NCBI GenBank assembly: GCA_964567675.1
Contig: CAZMNP010000074.1
Span: 2,923-66,922, forward strand
Origin: an uncultured Actinomycetes bacterium
GTDB taxonomy: Bacteria > Actinomycetota > UBA4738 > HRBIN12
Length of the DNA stretch: 64,000 nt
Direction of reading: 5' to 3'
The first letter of the stretch is position 1; each line of letters begins with the position of its first letter. This document shows positions 1 through 8,693 of this stretch, piece by piece. A program made the translations under genes and the position numbers. The notes under the pieces are model-generated. The model was not told where the DNA came from. It did not search any database and saw only the letters and a list, made by a program, of their open reading frames with translations.

Positions 1-106
1 CCAGGGCAAGGACGTCCTTCGGTGTGGCCATGCCTTCGCCCTCCCCTTCGTTCGATGGGACGGGTTCAGGGTAGGAGCGCGAACGGGGCGGACGGTTTCC
101 GGCGCG

Positions 107-469
107 TTAACTCTGCGTTACCGGACGGCGGACGACCGCCGTCGGCGACGGATCCCAGTCCCGGATCAGGTCGGCCACCTTCGCGAGAAGCGCGACTCCG
201 CCGGCGACCTCGACCAGTCGTCCGGCGGGCGTTCGGAAGAACGGGTGCCGCAGGATCGCCGGTGCCGCCAGCACGAGCGCGCGCGCCGCGATCGCCCGGT
301 AGCGGCGGCCTTGCTCCGAGGCGAGCCAGGCCCGAGCCTCATCCGCTCCCCGAGCGAGGGCGTTCTCGAGCTCCTGCGCGAGGACGCGGAGCTCGGCACG
401 GGAGGGGATCGAACCGGTCACGGTTCGAGCGTACCCACGGAGGGTGAGCCCGGAACGCATGTCGGGCAC
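107..469 (-). CDS. hypothetical protein (weak call)
   Basis: The 120-aa ORF has protein-like composition but no recognisable motifs. Its start is ambiguous (MPDM.. or MRSG..). Confidence 0.3.
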   Translation of the reverse strand: MPDMRSGLTLRGYARTVTGSIPSRAELRVLAQELENALARGADEARAWLASEQGRRYRAIAARALVLAAPAILRHPFFRTPAGRLVEVAGGVALLAKVADLIRDWDPSPTAVVRRPVTQS

Positions 470-522
470 GCTACCGGAGGTTTTCGGGAAAGCCCGGATT
501 CAGCGGGACGAAGCGCCGGTCG

Positions 523-846
523 ATGGGGACCAGCATGGAGGTCCTCGCCACCCCGGAGGTACGGTCGATGATCCGCGAGAACGGCGGGCTGTTGTTCGTG
601 ACCCTCTCGCCGCTCGCGAGCATCCGGGGGGCGATGCGGCGGCTGTTGACCTCGACGAACCTTCCCGATGACGCGCTCGACTACCAACGGTTCGAGACGA
701 AGGGGTTCGTGGTCTTCCTCGAGCCGGGCATCCGCGCCCCGCGGGAGCTGCATCTCCAGATGGTGGGCCGGCTTCATCGCCGTCTGAAGGCCTTCTGGAA
801 CGGTTACGCGTTCGTGCCCGCGAGGATCCGACCCGCCGAGCAGTGA
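523..846 (+). CDS. hypothetical protein
   Basis: The 107-aa ORF has an ATG start and balanced composition (..LFVTLSPLASIRGAM..FETKGFVVFLEPGI..). No family is recognised. Confidence 0.35.
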   Translation: MGTSMEVLATPEVRSMIRENGGLLFVTLSPLASIRGAMRRLLTSTNLPDDALDYQRFETKGFVVFLEPGIRAPRELHLQMVGRLHRRLKAFWNGYAFVPARIRPAEQ

Positions 847-873
847 CCACGGGAGAGCGCTCCGGGCGGTCAC

Positions 874-1533
874 TCAGACGTCGGCGGCGCGGTAGCCGAC
901 GCCGCGGACCGTCTCGATCAGGTTCTCGAACTCGGGTCCGAGCTTCGCGCGAAGACGCCGGATGTGCACGTCCACGGTCCGGGTTCCTCCGTAGAAGTCG
1001 TACCCCCACACCTCACGAAGGAGCCCCGGCCGGGTGAACACACGCCCCGATCGCTCGGCGAGGTAGCGCAGGAGCTCGAACTCCTTGTAGGTAAGGTCGA
1101 GTGGCCGGCCCTGCACCGTGACCCGGTAGGACTCCACATCGAGCACGAGGGCGCCCAGCCGCACCGTCGAGGCCTCGCCCGCGCCCGACCGGCGAAGGAG
1201 CATCGCCAGGCGGAGCCGGATCTCGGCCTCGGGGGCGCCGGGGAACAGGAGCTCGTCGGCGATCTCCTCCCACCGGAACCGATCGAGGTCGGCGCGCTCC
1301 GCCACGATCACCACCGGGACCCTGACGTCGCGTTCGATGAGCGCCCGAGCCACGGCATGCCCGTGACCGGGGTTCTCCGCCGCATCGACGAGCACGACCT
1401 GCGGGTCGAGCTCCAGCGCAGGGGCGAGGGCGACGATCGACAGGTGCTCCGTCTTCACGTCGAGCGCGAGCCCGGCGAGAGCGGGAAGCACCTCGTCGGG
1501 GGAGCGATCCGAGAGCAGGACGATGCGGGCCAT
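874..1533 (-). CDS. OmpR/PhoB-family response regulator (receiver + winged-helix), atypical receiver
   Basis: The C-terminus has a trans_reg_C pattern (LTYKEFELLRYLAERSGRVFTRPGLLREVWGYDFYGGTRTVDVHIRRLRAKL). I chose the ATG at 1533 (MARIVLLSD...). The receiver keeps the Asp (VVLVDAAE) but lacks the usual conserved Lys. No kinase gene is adjacent. Confidence 0.7.
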   Translation of the reverse strand: MARIVLLSDRSPDEVLPALAGLALDVKTEHLSIVALAPALELDPQVVLVDAAENPGHGHAVARALIERDVRVPVVIVAERADLDRFRWEEIADELLFPGAPEAEIRLRLAMLLRRSGAGEASTVRLGALVLDVESYRVTVQGRPLDLTYKEFELLRYLAERSGRVFTRPGLLREVWGYDFYGGTRTVDVHIRRLRAKLGPEFENLIETVRGVGYRAADV

Positions 1534-1584
1534 GATCTCTCGAGGGTACAGGCTCGGCACGAGCGCCGGTACCCTTGACCTGCG

Positions 1585-1830
1585 ATGACCGTGGTCAAGG
1601 TGCGTCTGTTCGCCGCCCTGCGCGAGCTCGCCGGCTCGAACGAGGTCGAGGCCGAGGCTGCGAGCGTGGGCGAGCTCGTCGAGGCGCTCTCGCTCCGATA
1701 CGGGGAGCGGTTCGAAAGGGTCGCGCGTGCCGGCTCGGTCGTCGTCGACGGAGCGCGGGCCGGGCCCGAGACCACGTTGACCGGCGGATCCCAGGAGGTC
1801 GCACTGCTCCCTCCCGTCTCGGGCGGCTGA
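1585..1830 (+). CDS. moaD: MoaD/ThiS/CysO-type sulfur-carrier protein
   Basis: The 81-aa protein ends in ...PPVSGG, matching the diglycine C-terminus of the E. coli MoaD fold (FPPVTGG). The N-terminal VKVRLFAALRELAG also fits. The overlapping longer ORF from 1575 reads as an Arg-rich junk N-terminus. Confidence 0.7.
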   Translation: MTVVKVRLFAALRELAGSNEVEAEAASVGELVEALSLRYGERFERVARAGSVVVDGARAGPETTLTGGSQEVALLPPVSGG

Positions 1831-1877
1831 AGTCCGGGAACGGCGTCAGCCCGCATTTGTCATACTGGCCGCTCCAG

Positions 1878-2792
1878 ATGCGCTTCCAGCGGCTCTTCCT
1901 CATCGTCAATCCGGTCGCCCGCACGTTCACGAAGCCGGTCCTCGCCGTGATCGAGAAGGCGCTCTCGGCCGACTTCAAGCTCGAGGTCGCCGAGACCAAG
2001 GAGCGCGGTCACGCGTTCGAGCTCGCGACCCAGGCGGTCGACGACGGTGTCGACCTGATCGTCGTCTTCTCGGGCGACGGGACGGTGAACGAGGTCGTCA
2101 ACGCCCTCGCCGGCACGGACTCGGCGATCGCCGCGCTCCCGGGCGGGGCGACGAACATCTTCTGCCGGGCGCTCGGTTTCCCGCTCGATCCCGTCGAGGC
2201 GACGGGAACGTTGATCGGCAAGGCCCTGGACGACGTGGCCTTCAAGCTCTCGCTCGGCCGGGCCGACGGACGCTACTTCGCGGTGAATTGCGGCGCCGGC
2301 GTCGACGCGGCGGCGATGCGACGCCTCGATGCGAAGTTCCCGAAGACGAAGGCGAAGTTCGACCGAGTGGCGTTCCGCGCGGCGGCGTGGGAGCTACTGG
2401 TCGGATACGCGGGCCGCAGCGCGGACCTGGAGGTCCGGGTCGACGACGGCGAGCCGTCGCCGTCGCTGTCGGTCATGGTGGGCCGAACCGATCCGTACAC
2501 CTACTACAAGGGGCGCGGGCTCCGGATGACGCCGGACGCGTCCCTCGATGGGGGTCTCGACGTCCTGTCGGTGCGGAAGCTCCGGCGCCGCAGCGTTCCG
2601 CGGATCGCGTGGCAGGTCTTCGGCTCGGCACGGCACGTGCACGGTCGCGACATCGACTACGCGCACGACGCTTCCCACGTCCTCGTGACTTCCGAGAAGC
2701 CGTTCCCCGTGCAGGTCGACGGAGACTCGCTCGGCGACCACCGCAGGCTCGAGATCGACCTCGCGCCCGAGGCGCTGTGGGTGGTGGCCTGA
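1878..2792 (+). CDS. diacylglycerol-kinase-family lipid kinase (DAGK_cat)
   Basis: The protein has the GDGT motif (VVFSGDGTVNEVVNAL) and GGATN (ALPGGATNIFCRALG). I chose the ATG at 1878 (MRFQRLFLIVNP). The first 101 codons of the listed ORF are low-complexity Arg/Gly junk. Confidence 0.75.
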   Translation: MRFQRLFLIVNPVARTFTKPVLAVIEKALSADFKLEVAETKERGHAFELATQAVDDGVDLIVVFSGDGTVNEVVNALAGTDSAIAALPGGATNIFCRALGFPLDPVEATGTLIGKALDDVAFKLSLGRADGRYFAVNCGAGVDAAAMRRLDAKFPKTKAKFDRVAFRAAAWELLVGYAGRSADLEVRVDDGEPSPSLSVMVGRTDPYTYYKGRGLRMTPDASLDGGLDVLSVRKLRRRSVPRIAWQVFGSARHVHGRDIDYAHDASHVLVTSEKPFPVQVDGDSLGDHRRLEIDLAPEALWVVA

Positions 2793-2793
2793 C

Positions 2794-3522
2794 CTAGGCG
2801 CGCGGCGTCTCGTGCTGCTGGATGCCGCACTCCCATTTCGACAACCCGGCCCATCGCCCGGCGCGCTCGGGCTCGCCCGGGAGTCGCATCCGCGTGCACG
2901 GCGCACAACCGATCGATGCGTAGCCGAGGTCGTACAGCGGATTGTGCGGGAGGTCGTGCTCTTTCAGGTACTCCCAGGCGTCGCGACGGGTCCAGGCCGC
3001 GACCGGATTGACCTTCACGATGGGCCGGCCGGGTTCCAACTCGTAGCGGTCGAGGATCGGAGCATCCGCGCGCGTCGGCGAGGAATCCCGGCGGAACGCC
3101 GTCACCCATGCATCGAGTCCACGGAGCGCCTCGTGCATCGGTTGGACCTTGTTGATCTCGCAGCACCGATCGGGGTCGCGTTCGTAGAGCCGCGGCCCGA
3201 ATGTGCGGGTCTGCGACTCGTTCGTGTGGTCGCCCACGAGATCGATCACGTTCAGGCCGAGCCGCTCGGTGAGCCTGGTCTTGAACGCGAGGGTCTCGGC
3301 GAAGTGGAAACCCGTTTCCAGGAACAGGACGGCGACATCGGGGCGGATCTCGGTCGCCATGTGCATCACGCAGGTCCCCTCCGCCTGGAAGGCCGACGCG
3401 AGCGCGATCCGCGGCAGCGCAGGCTCCTGGAGTGCCCAGCGAACGATCTCGCGCGGATGCACGCGCTCGAACCGCGCGTTGAGTTCCTGGAGATCCTCGT
3501 CGGAAAGGAGTGTCTGGGCCAT
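2794..3522 (-). CDS. cysH: phosphoadenosine-phosphosulfate / APS reductase
   Basis: The PAPS_reduct fold is present (VAVLFLETGFHFAETL..). A C-terminal CC...CAPC cysteine cluster suggests an Fe-S (APS-reductase type) enzyme. Confidence 0.85.
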   Translation of the reverse strand: MAQTLLSDEDLQELNARFERVHPREIVRWALQEPALPRIALASAFQAEGTCVMHMATEIRPDVAVLFLETGFHFAETLAFKTRLTERLGLNVIDLVGDHTNESQTRTFGPRLYERDPDRCCEINKVQPMHEALRGLDAWVTAFRRDSSPTRADAPILDRYELEPGRPIVKVNPVAAWTRRDAWEYLKEHDLPHNPLYDLGYASIGCAPCTRMRLPGEPERAGRWAGLSKWECGIQQHETPRA

Positions 3523-3725
3523 GGGGCCTCTCGGTCGGGGCGCCGGACGGCGGGAAGTATAGGGCCGGTCGTCGTTGCCGGTCGTCGTTGCCGGGCATCG
3601 GAGGCGGTCGGTGACGCGCCGTTGCCCGGGTCCGCGCCGGGAGCCCGCGGCTATGCTTGCTTCGCCGCGCCGCGTCCGATACGGCCCGGGTCAACGCTTC
3701 CGTCGAGGAAAGGAACCCGACCCGC

Positions 3726-4910
3726 ATGTCCACGCACGAGACCATCGCGCCCCACGGCGGAACGCTCGTCGACCTGCTCGTGCCCGAAGGCGATCGCGCG
3801 AAGCTCGAAGAGGAAGCGCGGCACTTCCCCAAGGTCGTCGTGAGCCCCCGCGAGCTCTCCGACCTCGAGATGCTCGCGGTGGGGGCGCTCTCACCACTCA
3901 CCGGCTTCCAAGGGCAGGCCGACTACGCCTCGATCCTGGAGACCATGCACCTTTCGACGGGACCCGCTTGGACGATCCCCGTCACGCTTTCGCTCACCGA
4001 CGACGAGGCGAAGCGGATAGGCGGGGCCGACGCCGTCACGCTCCTCGCGGAAGAGGGCGGCGAGCCGATCGCGATCTTGGAGGTCTCGGGGCTGTTCCGA
4101 CGCGATCGCGAGCGCGAGGCCGACGCGGTGTTCGGCACCCAGGACCTGGATCACCCCGGCGTCCAGGCGCTGCAGGAAGCCGGAGACCTCTGCGTGGCTG
4201 GAGAGCTTCGGGTGTTGCGGCTGCCGGCGCACGACGACTTCGTGAAGTACCGGCTCACCCCCGCGCAGACGCGCGCGGAGTTCGCGCGGCGGGAATGGAG
4301 AACGGTGGTCGGATTCCAGACGCGGAACCCGATCCACCGGGCCCACGAGTACATCCAGAAGTGCGCGCTCGAGATCGTCGACGGACTGCTCGTGCACCCG
4401 CTCGTCGGCGCGACGAAAGGCGACGACGTGCCGGCAGAGGTTCGGATGCGTTGCTACGAAGCGCTCTTCGAGGGCTACTACCCGAAAGACCGCGCGATGG
4501 TCAGCGTGTTCCCGGCCGCGATGCGCTACGCGGGGCCGAAGGAGGCCATCTGGCATGCGATCGCCCGCAAGAACTACGGGTGCACGCACTTCATCGTGGG
4601 GCGGGACCACGCCGGCGTCGGCGACTACTACGGCACGTACGACGCGCAGAAGATCTTCGAGCGCTTCGAGCCCGGTGAGCTCGGCATCACGCCCCTCATG
4701 TTCGAGCACTCGTTCTGGTGCAACCGGTGCGAGGGTATGGCGTCGCCGAAGACGTGTCCGCACGGGGAGCAGGACCGCGTCTCGCTCTCGGGGACCAAGG
4801 TCCGAGACATGCTTCGCGCAGGAGAACGGCCGCCGATCGAGTTCAGTCGCGCCGATGTCGCCGACATCCTGATCGACGCGATGCGCGGATCAGACGCCGG
4901 AGCGGGTTGA
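3726..4910 (+). CDS. sat: sulfate adenylyltransferase (ATP sulfurylase)
   Basis: The protein has QTRNPIHRAHE and GRDHAGVG motifs. I chose the ATG at 3726 (MSTHETIAPHGGTL). The gene is divergent from cysH. Confidence 0.85.
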   Translation: MSTHETIAPHGGTLVDLLVPEGDRAKLEEEARHFPKVVVSPRELSDLEMLAVGALSPLTGFQGQADYASILETMHLSTGPAWTIPVTLSLTDDEAKRIGGADAVTLLAEEGGEPIAILEVSGLFRRDREREADAVFGTQDLDHPGVQALQEAGDLCVAGELRVLRLPAHDDFVKYRLTPAQTRAEFARREWRTVVGFQTRNPIHRAHEYIQKCALEIVDGLLVHPLVGATKGDDVPAEVRMRCYEALFEGYYPKDRAMVSVFPAAMRYAGPKEAIWHAIARKNYGCTHFIVGRDHAGVGDYYGTYDAQKIFERFEPGELGITPLMFEHSFWCNRCEGMASPKTCPHGEQDRVSLSGTKVRDMLRAGERPPIEFSRADVADILIDAMRGSDAGAG

Positions 4911-5053
4911 CCTTTCGCGAACCCCGGAGGTTTGCTCGAGGCCCGCGCGTTCGGTACTCTGCGGCCGCCTGAGGGGGGCCGACCACCGCCAAGGAGGCAT
5001 CGACGACCGCTCGCAGGAGTCCTATCCCATCATTCCTCGTCCTGGCCCTCGTC

Positions 5054-6019
5054 TTGGGCCTCATCTGCCTCTCCCCCGCGCTCGCCGACACGAAGCAGGA
5101 GCTCGACCGGGCGAAGGCCGAGCTGGCGGCGATCCAGGCCGATCTGGACCGAGCCACTGCCGCGTGGAACGCCGCGATGACCCGCCTGAACCAGACGAAG
5201 TCGGAGATCATCGCGACCCGCGTGCGGATCTCCGACGTCGAGCGAAACCTCGAGCGGATCGACGCGCGCCTCGCCAGGCGTGCGGTCCTGGCGTTCACGA
5301 CCGGACCGGCGGGCACGATCGACCTGTTGCTGTCCTCCGGCTCCTTCGTCGAGTTCTCCGACCGATTGGAGTTCCTCGGAAGCGTCGCCCAGGACGACGT
5401 CGACCTCGCGCTCGAACGGCAGGTGGCGCAGGCGGAGCTCCGGCGGCAGCGTGGGGACCTGCTCTCGCTCGAACAACGCCAGGTCGAGACCGCCGGCCAG
5501 TTGAACGCGGCGCGAGAGAGCATCGACGCGCGGTTCCAGAACTACCAAGACCGGGTCGCGGAGCTCACGAGGAAGTACAACGCCGAACAGGCCGCCGTAC
5601 GAGAGCTCAACATCATCGGGCAGACGCCGGTCTCCAGCGGGATGATCCAGCGCTGTCCGGTGGCCGGGCCGAACTCGTTCGTCGACTCCTTCGGCTGGCC
5701 TCGCGTGGGCCACACCCACCAGGGGATCGATCTGATCGCTCCCTACGGGACACCGATCGTCGCCGCCCACCCGGGCTCGGTCTCGAGGAGCTCGAGCTCC
5801 TCGGGAGGGCTCCAGGCCTATGTCTACGGTTCCGGCGGTTACACCTTCTACGCGCACCTGTCGAGCTACGGGGCCAGCGGGAGCGTCGCAGCGGGCACGG
5901 TGATCGGGTACGTCGGCAGCACCGGGAATGCCGGCAGCACGAACCACCTCCACTTCGAGCTGCACCCGGGCGGGGGAGCAGCCGTCAACCCGTACCAGCT
6001 GCTCCTCGCGGTCTGCTGA
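5054..6019 (+). CDS. secreted M23-family metallopeptidase with N-terminal coiled-coil
   Basis: The C-terminus has the M23 signature (HQGIDLIAPYGTPIVAAHPG ... HLHFELH). The N-terminal half is a coiled coil (ELDRAKAELAAIQADLDRA..). A signal-like segment reads upstream in frame (FLVLALVLGLICLSPALA). An AAGGAGG RBS lies at 4991-4997. The true start may therefore be 15-50 nt upstream of the listed TTG. Confidence 0.7.
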   Translation: MGLICLSPALADTKQELDRAKAELAAIQADLDRATAAWNAAMTRLNQTKSEIIATRVRISDVERNLERIDARLARRAVLAFTTGPAGTIDLLLSSGSFVEFSDRLEFLGSVAQDDVDLALERQVAQAELRRQRGDLLSLEQRQVETAGQLNAARESIDARFQNYQDRVAELTRKYNAEQAAVRELNIIGQTPVSSGMIQRCPVAGPNSFVDSFGWPRVGHTHQGIDLIAPYGTPIVAAHPGSVSRSSSSSGGLQAYVYGSGGYTFYAHLSSYGASGSVAAGTVIGYVGSTGNAGSTNHLHFELHPGGGAAVNPYQLLLAVC

Positions 6020-6119
6020 GCGGCCGCGGGCTGGTTCGAAGGCTCGGCGGCGAGTTCCCAGCCGGGCGGCGCGCTACGATTCCCCCGACCGCAGAACCCG
6101 TCCATCTCCAGGAGCGCTC

Positions 6120-6647
6120 GTGAGCGACCAGGCGAACCGCAGGATCGACCGGATCCGCCAGCCCGAGTTCGTGACGGGCCTCCCCGAGCTCTCCCTCGAC
6201 GAGCTCCGGGAGCGCCGCGACGTCTGTCTGGCCGAGCGCGAGTACCTCTCGCTCCTGCGACGCCTGGTCCAGGGTCGTGCCGAGATCCTTCGCGCCGAGA
6301 TCGAACGCCGGGGGGCCGGCGGCGACGGGGAGCCGCTCGTGGACCGGCTGGCCGAGATCCTGTCGGGGGAGATCCAGGGGCCTTCCCGTGGCGAGGCCGT
6401 CCGGGTCGCGATGCCGGAGGAAGAGATGCTCCTCGCGCGCCGGCGGGTGGAACGGCTGGTGGCCGATGCCGGACTCTCGGACCCGGGAGCGCTGGATGAC
6501 GACCGCCTCGCGAAGGCGGTCGAGGTGCTCGCCAGCGAGGAGCGAGAGGTGTCCGAGTCCCGGGGCGCCGTCCACTCGGCCCTGGACGCCGTTCAGGACG
6601 AGCTCAAGCGCCGCTACAAGGACGATCCCTCACTCGTCCTGACCTGA
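6120..6647 (+). CDS. coiled-coil protein, possible RsiG-like c-di-GMP-binding anti-sigma factor
   Basis: I chose the GTG at 6120 (VSDQANRRIDRIRQPEF..). The protein is predicted helical. It carries two degenerate copies of the RsiG E(x)3S(x)2R(x)3Q(x)3D motif (SLLRRLVQGRAE and EREVSESRGAVHSALD). The next gene encodes an HD-GYP phosphodiesterase. Confidence 0.45.
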   Translation: MSDQANRRIDRIRQPEFVTGLPELSLDELRERRDVCLAEREYLSLLRRLVQGRAEILRAEIERRGAGGDGEPLVDRLAEILSGEIQGPSRGEAVRVAMPEEEMLLARRRVERLVADAGLSDPGALDDDRLAKAVEVLASEEREVSESRGAVHSALDAVQDELKRRYKDDPSLVLT

Positions 6648-6823
6648 GCGACTCCCTCGATCGGGGGATGCGGCGCAGGCCGGTCGACCGAAGGGCGGTC
6701 CGCCCGGGGGACCCCACAGGACCAATCGGTTTGGCTCCTGCGGCCTATGGACCCGGCCGACCCAGATCGTCACCCTGAACCGGCTCCCGGCGTCTTCGGG
6801 AGCGGTAACGTGCGGCCCCAATC

Positions 6824-7597
6824 ATGAAAGACACGACGCGCTTCCCCGCGGCGCCGGTGGTCCACGCGGATCCCGAGCTGCCGGCAGTCCACGAGCAGTT
6901 GATCGTGTTCGCCCGGGAGCTCGGCGACCTTTACCGGCTCGAGCGATCTCGGTCCGCCGAGCTCGAGCGGGTGCTCGAGAGCCTCCAGGAGACCTACATC
7001 GCGACGATGAAGTCGCTCGCGCAGGTGATCGAGGCCAAGGACCGCACGACCCGAGGCCATCTGGACCGGACGCAGGCCTACGGTCTGGCTCTCGCCCGCC
7101 GGATCGCGCCCGAGCTGCTCGCGACGCCGAACCTCGGGTACGGCTTCTTCCTGCACGACATCGGCAAGGTGGGAGTGCCCGAGCAGATCCTCTGCAAGGA
7201 AGGACCGCTCACCAGCGAGGAATGGACGGTGATGCGGAACCACCCCGTCGTCGGTGCGCAGATCGTCGCCCCGATCGCGTTCCTCACCGGAGCCGTGGAG
7301 CTGATCCGGCACCACCACGAGCGCTTCGACGGGAGCGGGTACCCCGACGGCCTCCGCGCTGAGGAGATCCCGCTCGCCGCTCGCATCTTCGCGGTTGCCG
7401 ACTCGTTCGACGCCATGACGAGCGACCGGCCCTACCGCGGTGCGATGCAGGTCGACCGCGCCCTGGCCGAGATCGGCGGAGGGGCCGGGACCCAATTCGA
7501 CCCCGAGGTCGTGCGGGTGTTCGTCCGCATGATCGGCGAGGGGCCCGAGACGGCGAGCGAAGAGGACTTCGCCGCCGCGCTCTGTCAGGCGGGCTGA
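6824..7597 (+). CDS. HD-GYP domain phosphohydrolase (c-di-GMP phosphodiesterase family)
   Basis: The HD motif is present (GFFLHDIGKVGVP), as is the GYP motif (HHERFDGSGYPDGL). Confidence 0.8.
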   Translation: MKDTTRFPAAPVVHADPELPAVHEQLIVFARELGDLYRLERSRSAELERVLESLQETYIATMKSLAQVIEAKDRTTRGHLDRTQAYGLALARRIAPELLATPNLGYGFFLHDIGKVGVPEQILCKEGPLTSEEWTVMRNHPVVGAQIVAPIAFLTGAVELIRHHHERFDGSGYPDGLRAEEIPLAARIFAVADSFDAMTSDRPYRGAMQVDRALAEIGGGAGTQFDPEVVRVFVRMIGEGPETASEEDFAAALCQAG

Positions 7598-7635
7598 CCG
7601 CCGCTCCGGAACCACGACCCCGATAGGCTTCGAGC

Positions 7636-8619
7636 ATGCCTTCCGCGGTGCCGCTCGTGCGCGTCGTCCGTTCCGGGTTCGAGGAGAGCGTGCACCTCGG
7701 TCACGTCGCCGTGTGCGACGCCGATGGCCGGCTCGTGGCGGCCGCCGGCGACCCGAACCGGCTCGTCTTCGCGCGTTCCTCGATGAAGCCGCTGCAGGCA
7801 GCGGTCTCCATCCGGCGGATCCCGGCGGCGCTCGCCGACGATCTCGTCGCCGTGGCGTGCGGTTCCCACAACGCGGAGCCCGACCATGTGCGCGTCGTCC
7901 GCCGCCTGCTGCGGGCCGGAGGCGCGACCGAGTCCATGTTGCGGTGCCCTGAAGCGTTCCCGTCCCGCACCGAGGACGCCATCCGGGCTGGGAAGGCACG
8001 GCGCGTCTTCTACAACTGCTCGGGCAAGCACGCCGCGATGCTCGCGGCCTGCATCGGTGAGGGCTGGCCCGTCGAGACCTATCTCGAGCCCCGCCACCCG
8101 CTCCAGCGCGAGATCCTTCGAGCGGTGCGCCGGGGGACGGGCGTCGACACCCCGGCCATCGGCATCGACGGGTGTGGTGTCCCGGTCCACGGCGTGCCGC
8201 TCTTCGCGATGGCGACCCTGTTCGCGCGCCTTGCCCGGCCGGATCGGTTGGGTGGCCTCGAGCCCACGGCCTCCCGGGCGGTCGCCGCCATGCGAGCACA
8301 CCCGTTCCTGGTCGCCGGGACCGGCCGGAGCGACACCCAGCTGATGGCGTCGGCTCCGCGCATCGTGTCGAAGGTGGGCGCCGAGGGGTTGCACTGCGCG
8401 GGCGTGCTCGATGAGGGGTTCGGCGTGGCGGTGAAGATTGCCGACGGCGGCGACCGGGCGGCCGGATCGGCCCTCGTCCGGGTGCTTTCGCAGATCGGCG
8501 CCATCGGCGAAGAGGAGCTCGGCCGGCTCTCGTCCGTCGCGCGCCCGCCGGTGCTCGGCGGAGGGCGGCCCGTAGGTGAGATGGTCGCCGAGTTCCGGCT
8601 TCGGCGCCCGCGAGCGTGA
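7636..8619 (+). CDS. asparaginase-II-family protein (PF06089-like)
   Basis: Family-typical segments are present (SSMKPLQA, YNCSGKHAAMLAAC, GIDGCGVP). Confidence 0.65.
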   Translation: MPSAVPLVRVVRSGFEESVHLGHVAVCDADGRLVAAAGDPNRLVFARSSMKPLQAAVSIRRIPAALADDLVAVACGSHNAEPDHVRVVRRLLRAGGATESMLRCPEAFPSRTEDAIRAGKARRVFYNCSGKHAAMLAACIGEGWPVETYLEPRHPLQREILRAVRRGTGVDTPAIGIDGCGVPVHGVPLFAMATLFARLARPDRLGGLEPTASRAVAAMRAHPFLVAGTGRSDTQLMASAPRIVSKVGAEGLHCAGVLDEGFGVAVKIADGGDRAAGSALVRVLSQIGAIGEEELGRLSSVARPPVLGGGRPVGEMVAEFRLRRPRA

Positions 8620-8693
8620 GGGCTCGTCCGCGCCGCGGACCGACTTGCCTCGCGGGCAGCGTTCGCAGGACCCGCAGGTACGATTTCGGTCGG

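Noticed and set aside
1575-1877. Extended N-terminus of the lipid-kinase ORF (405-aa version)
   Set aside because: The first 101 codons are an Arg/Gly junk translation that overlaps the convincing MoaD-like gene in another frame. The internal ATG at 1878 gives a normal DAGK N-terminus.
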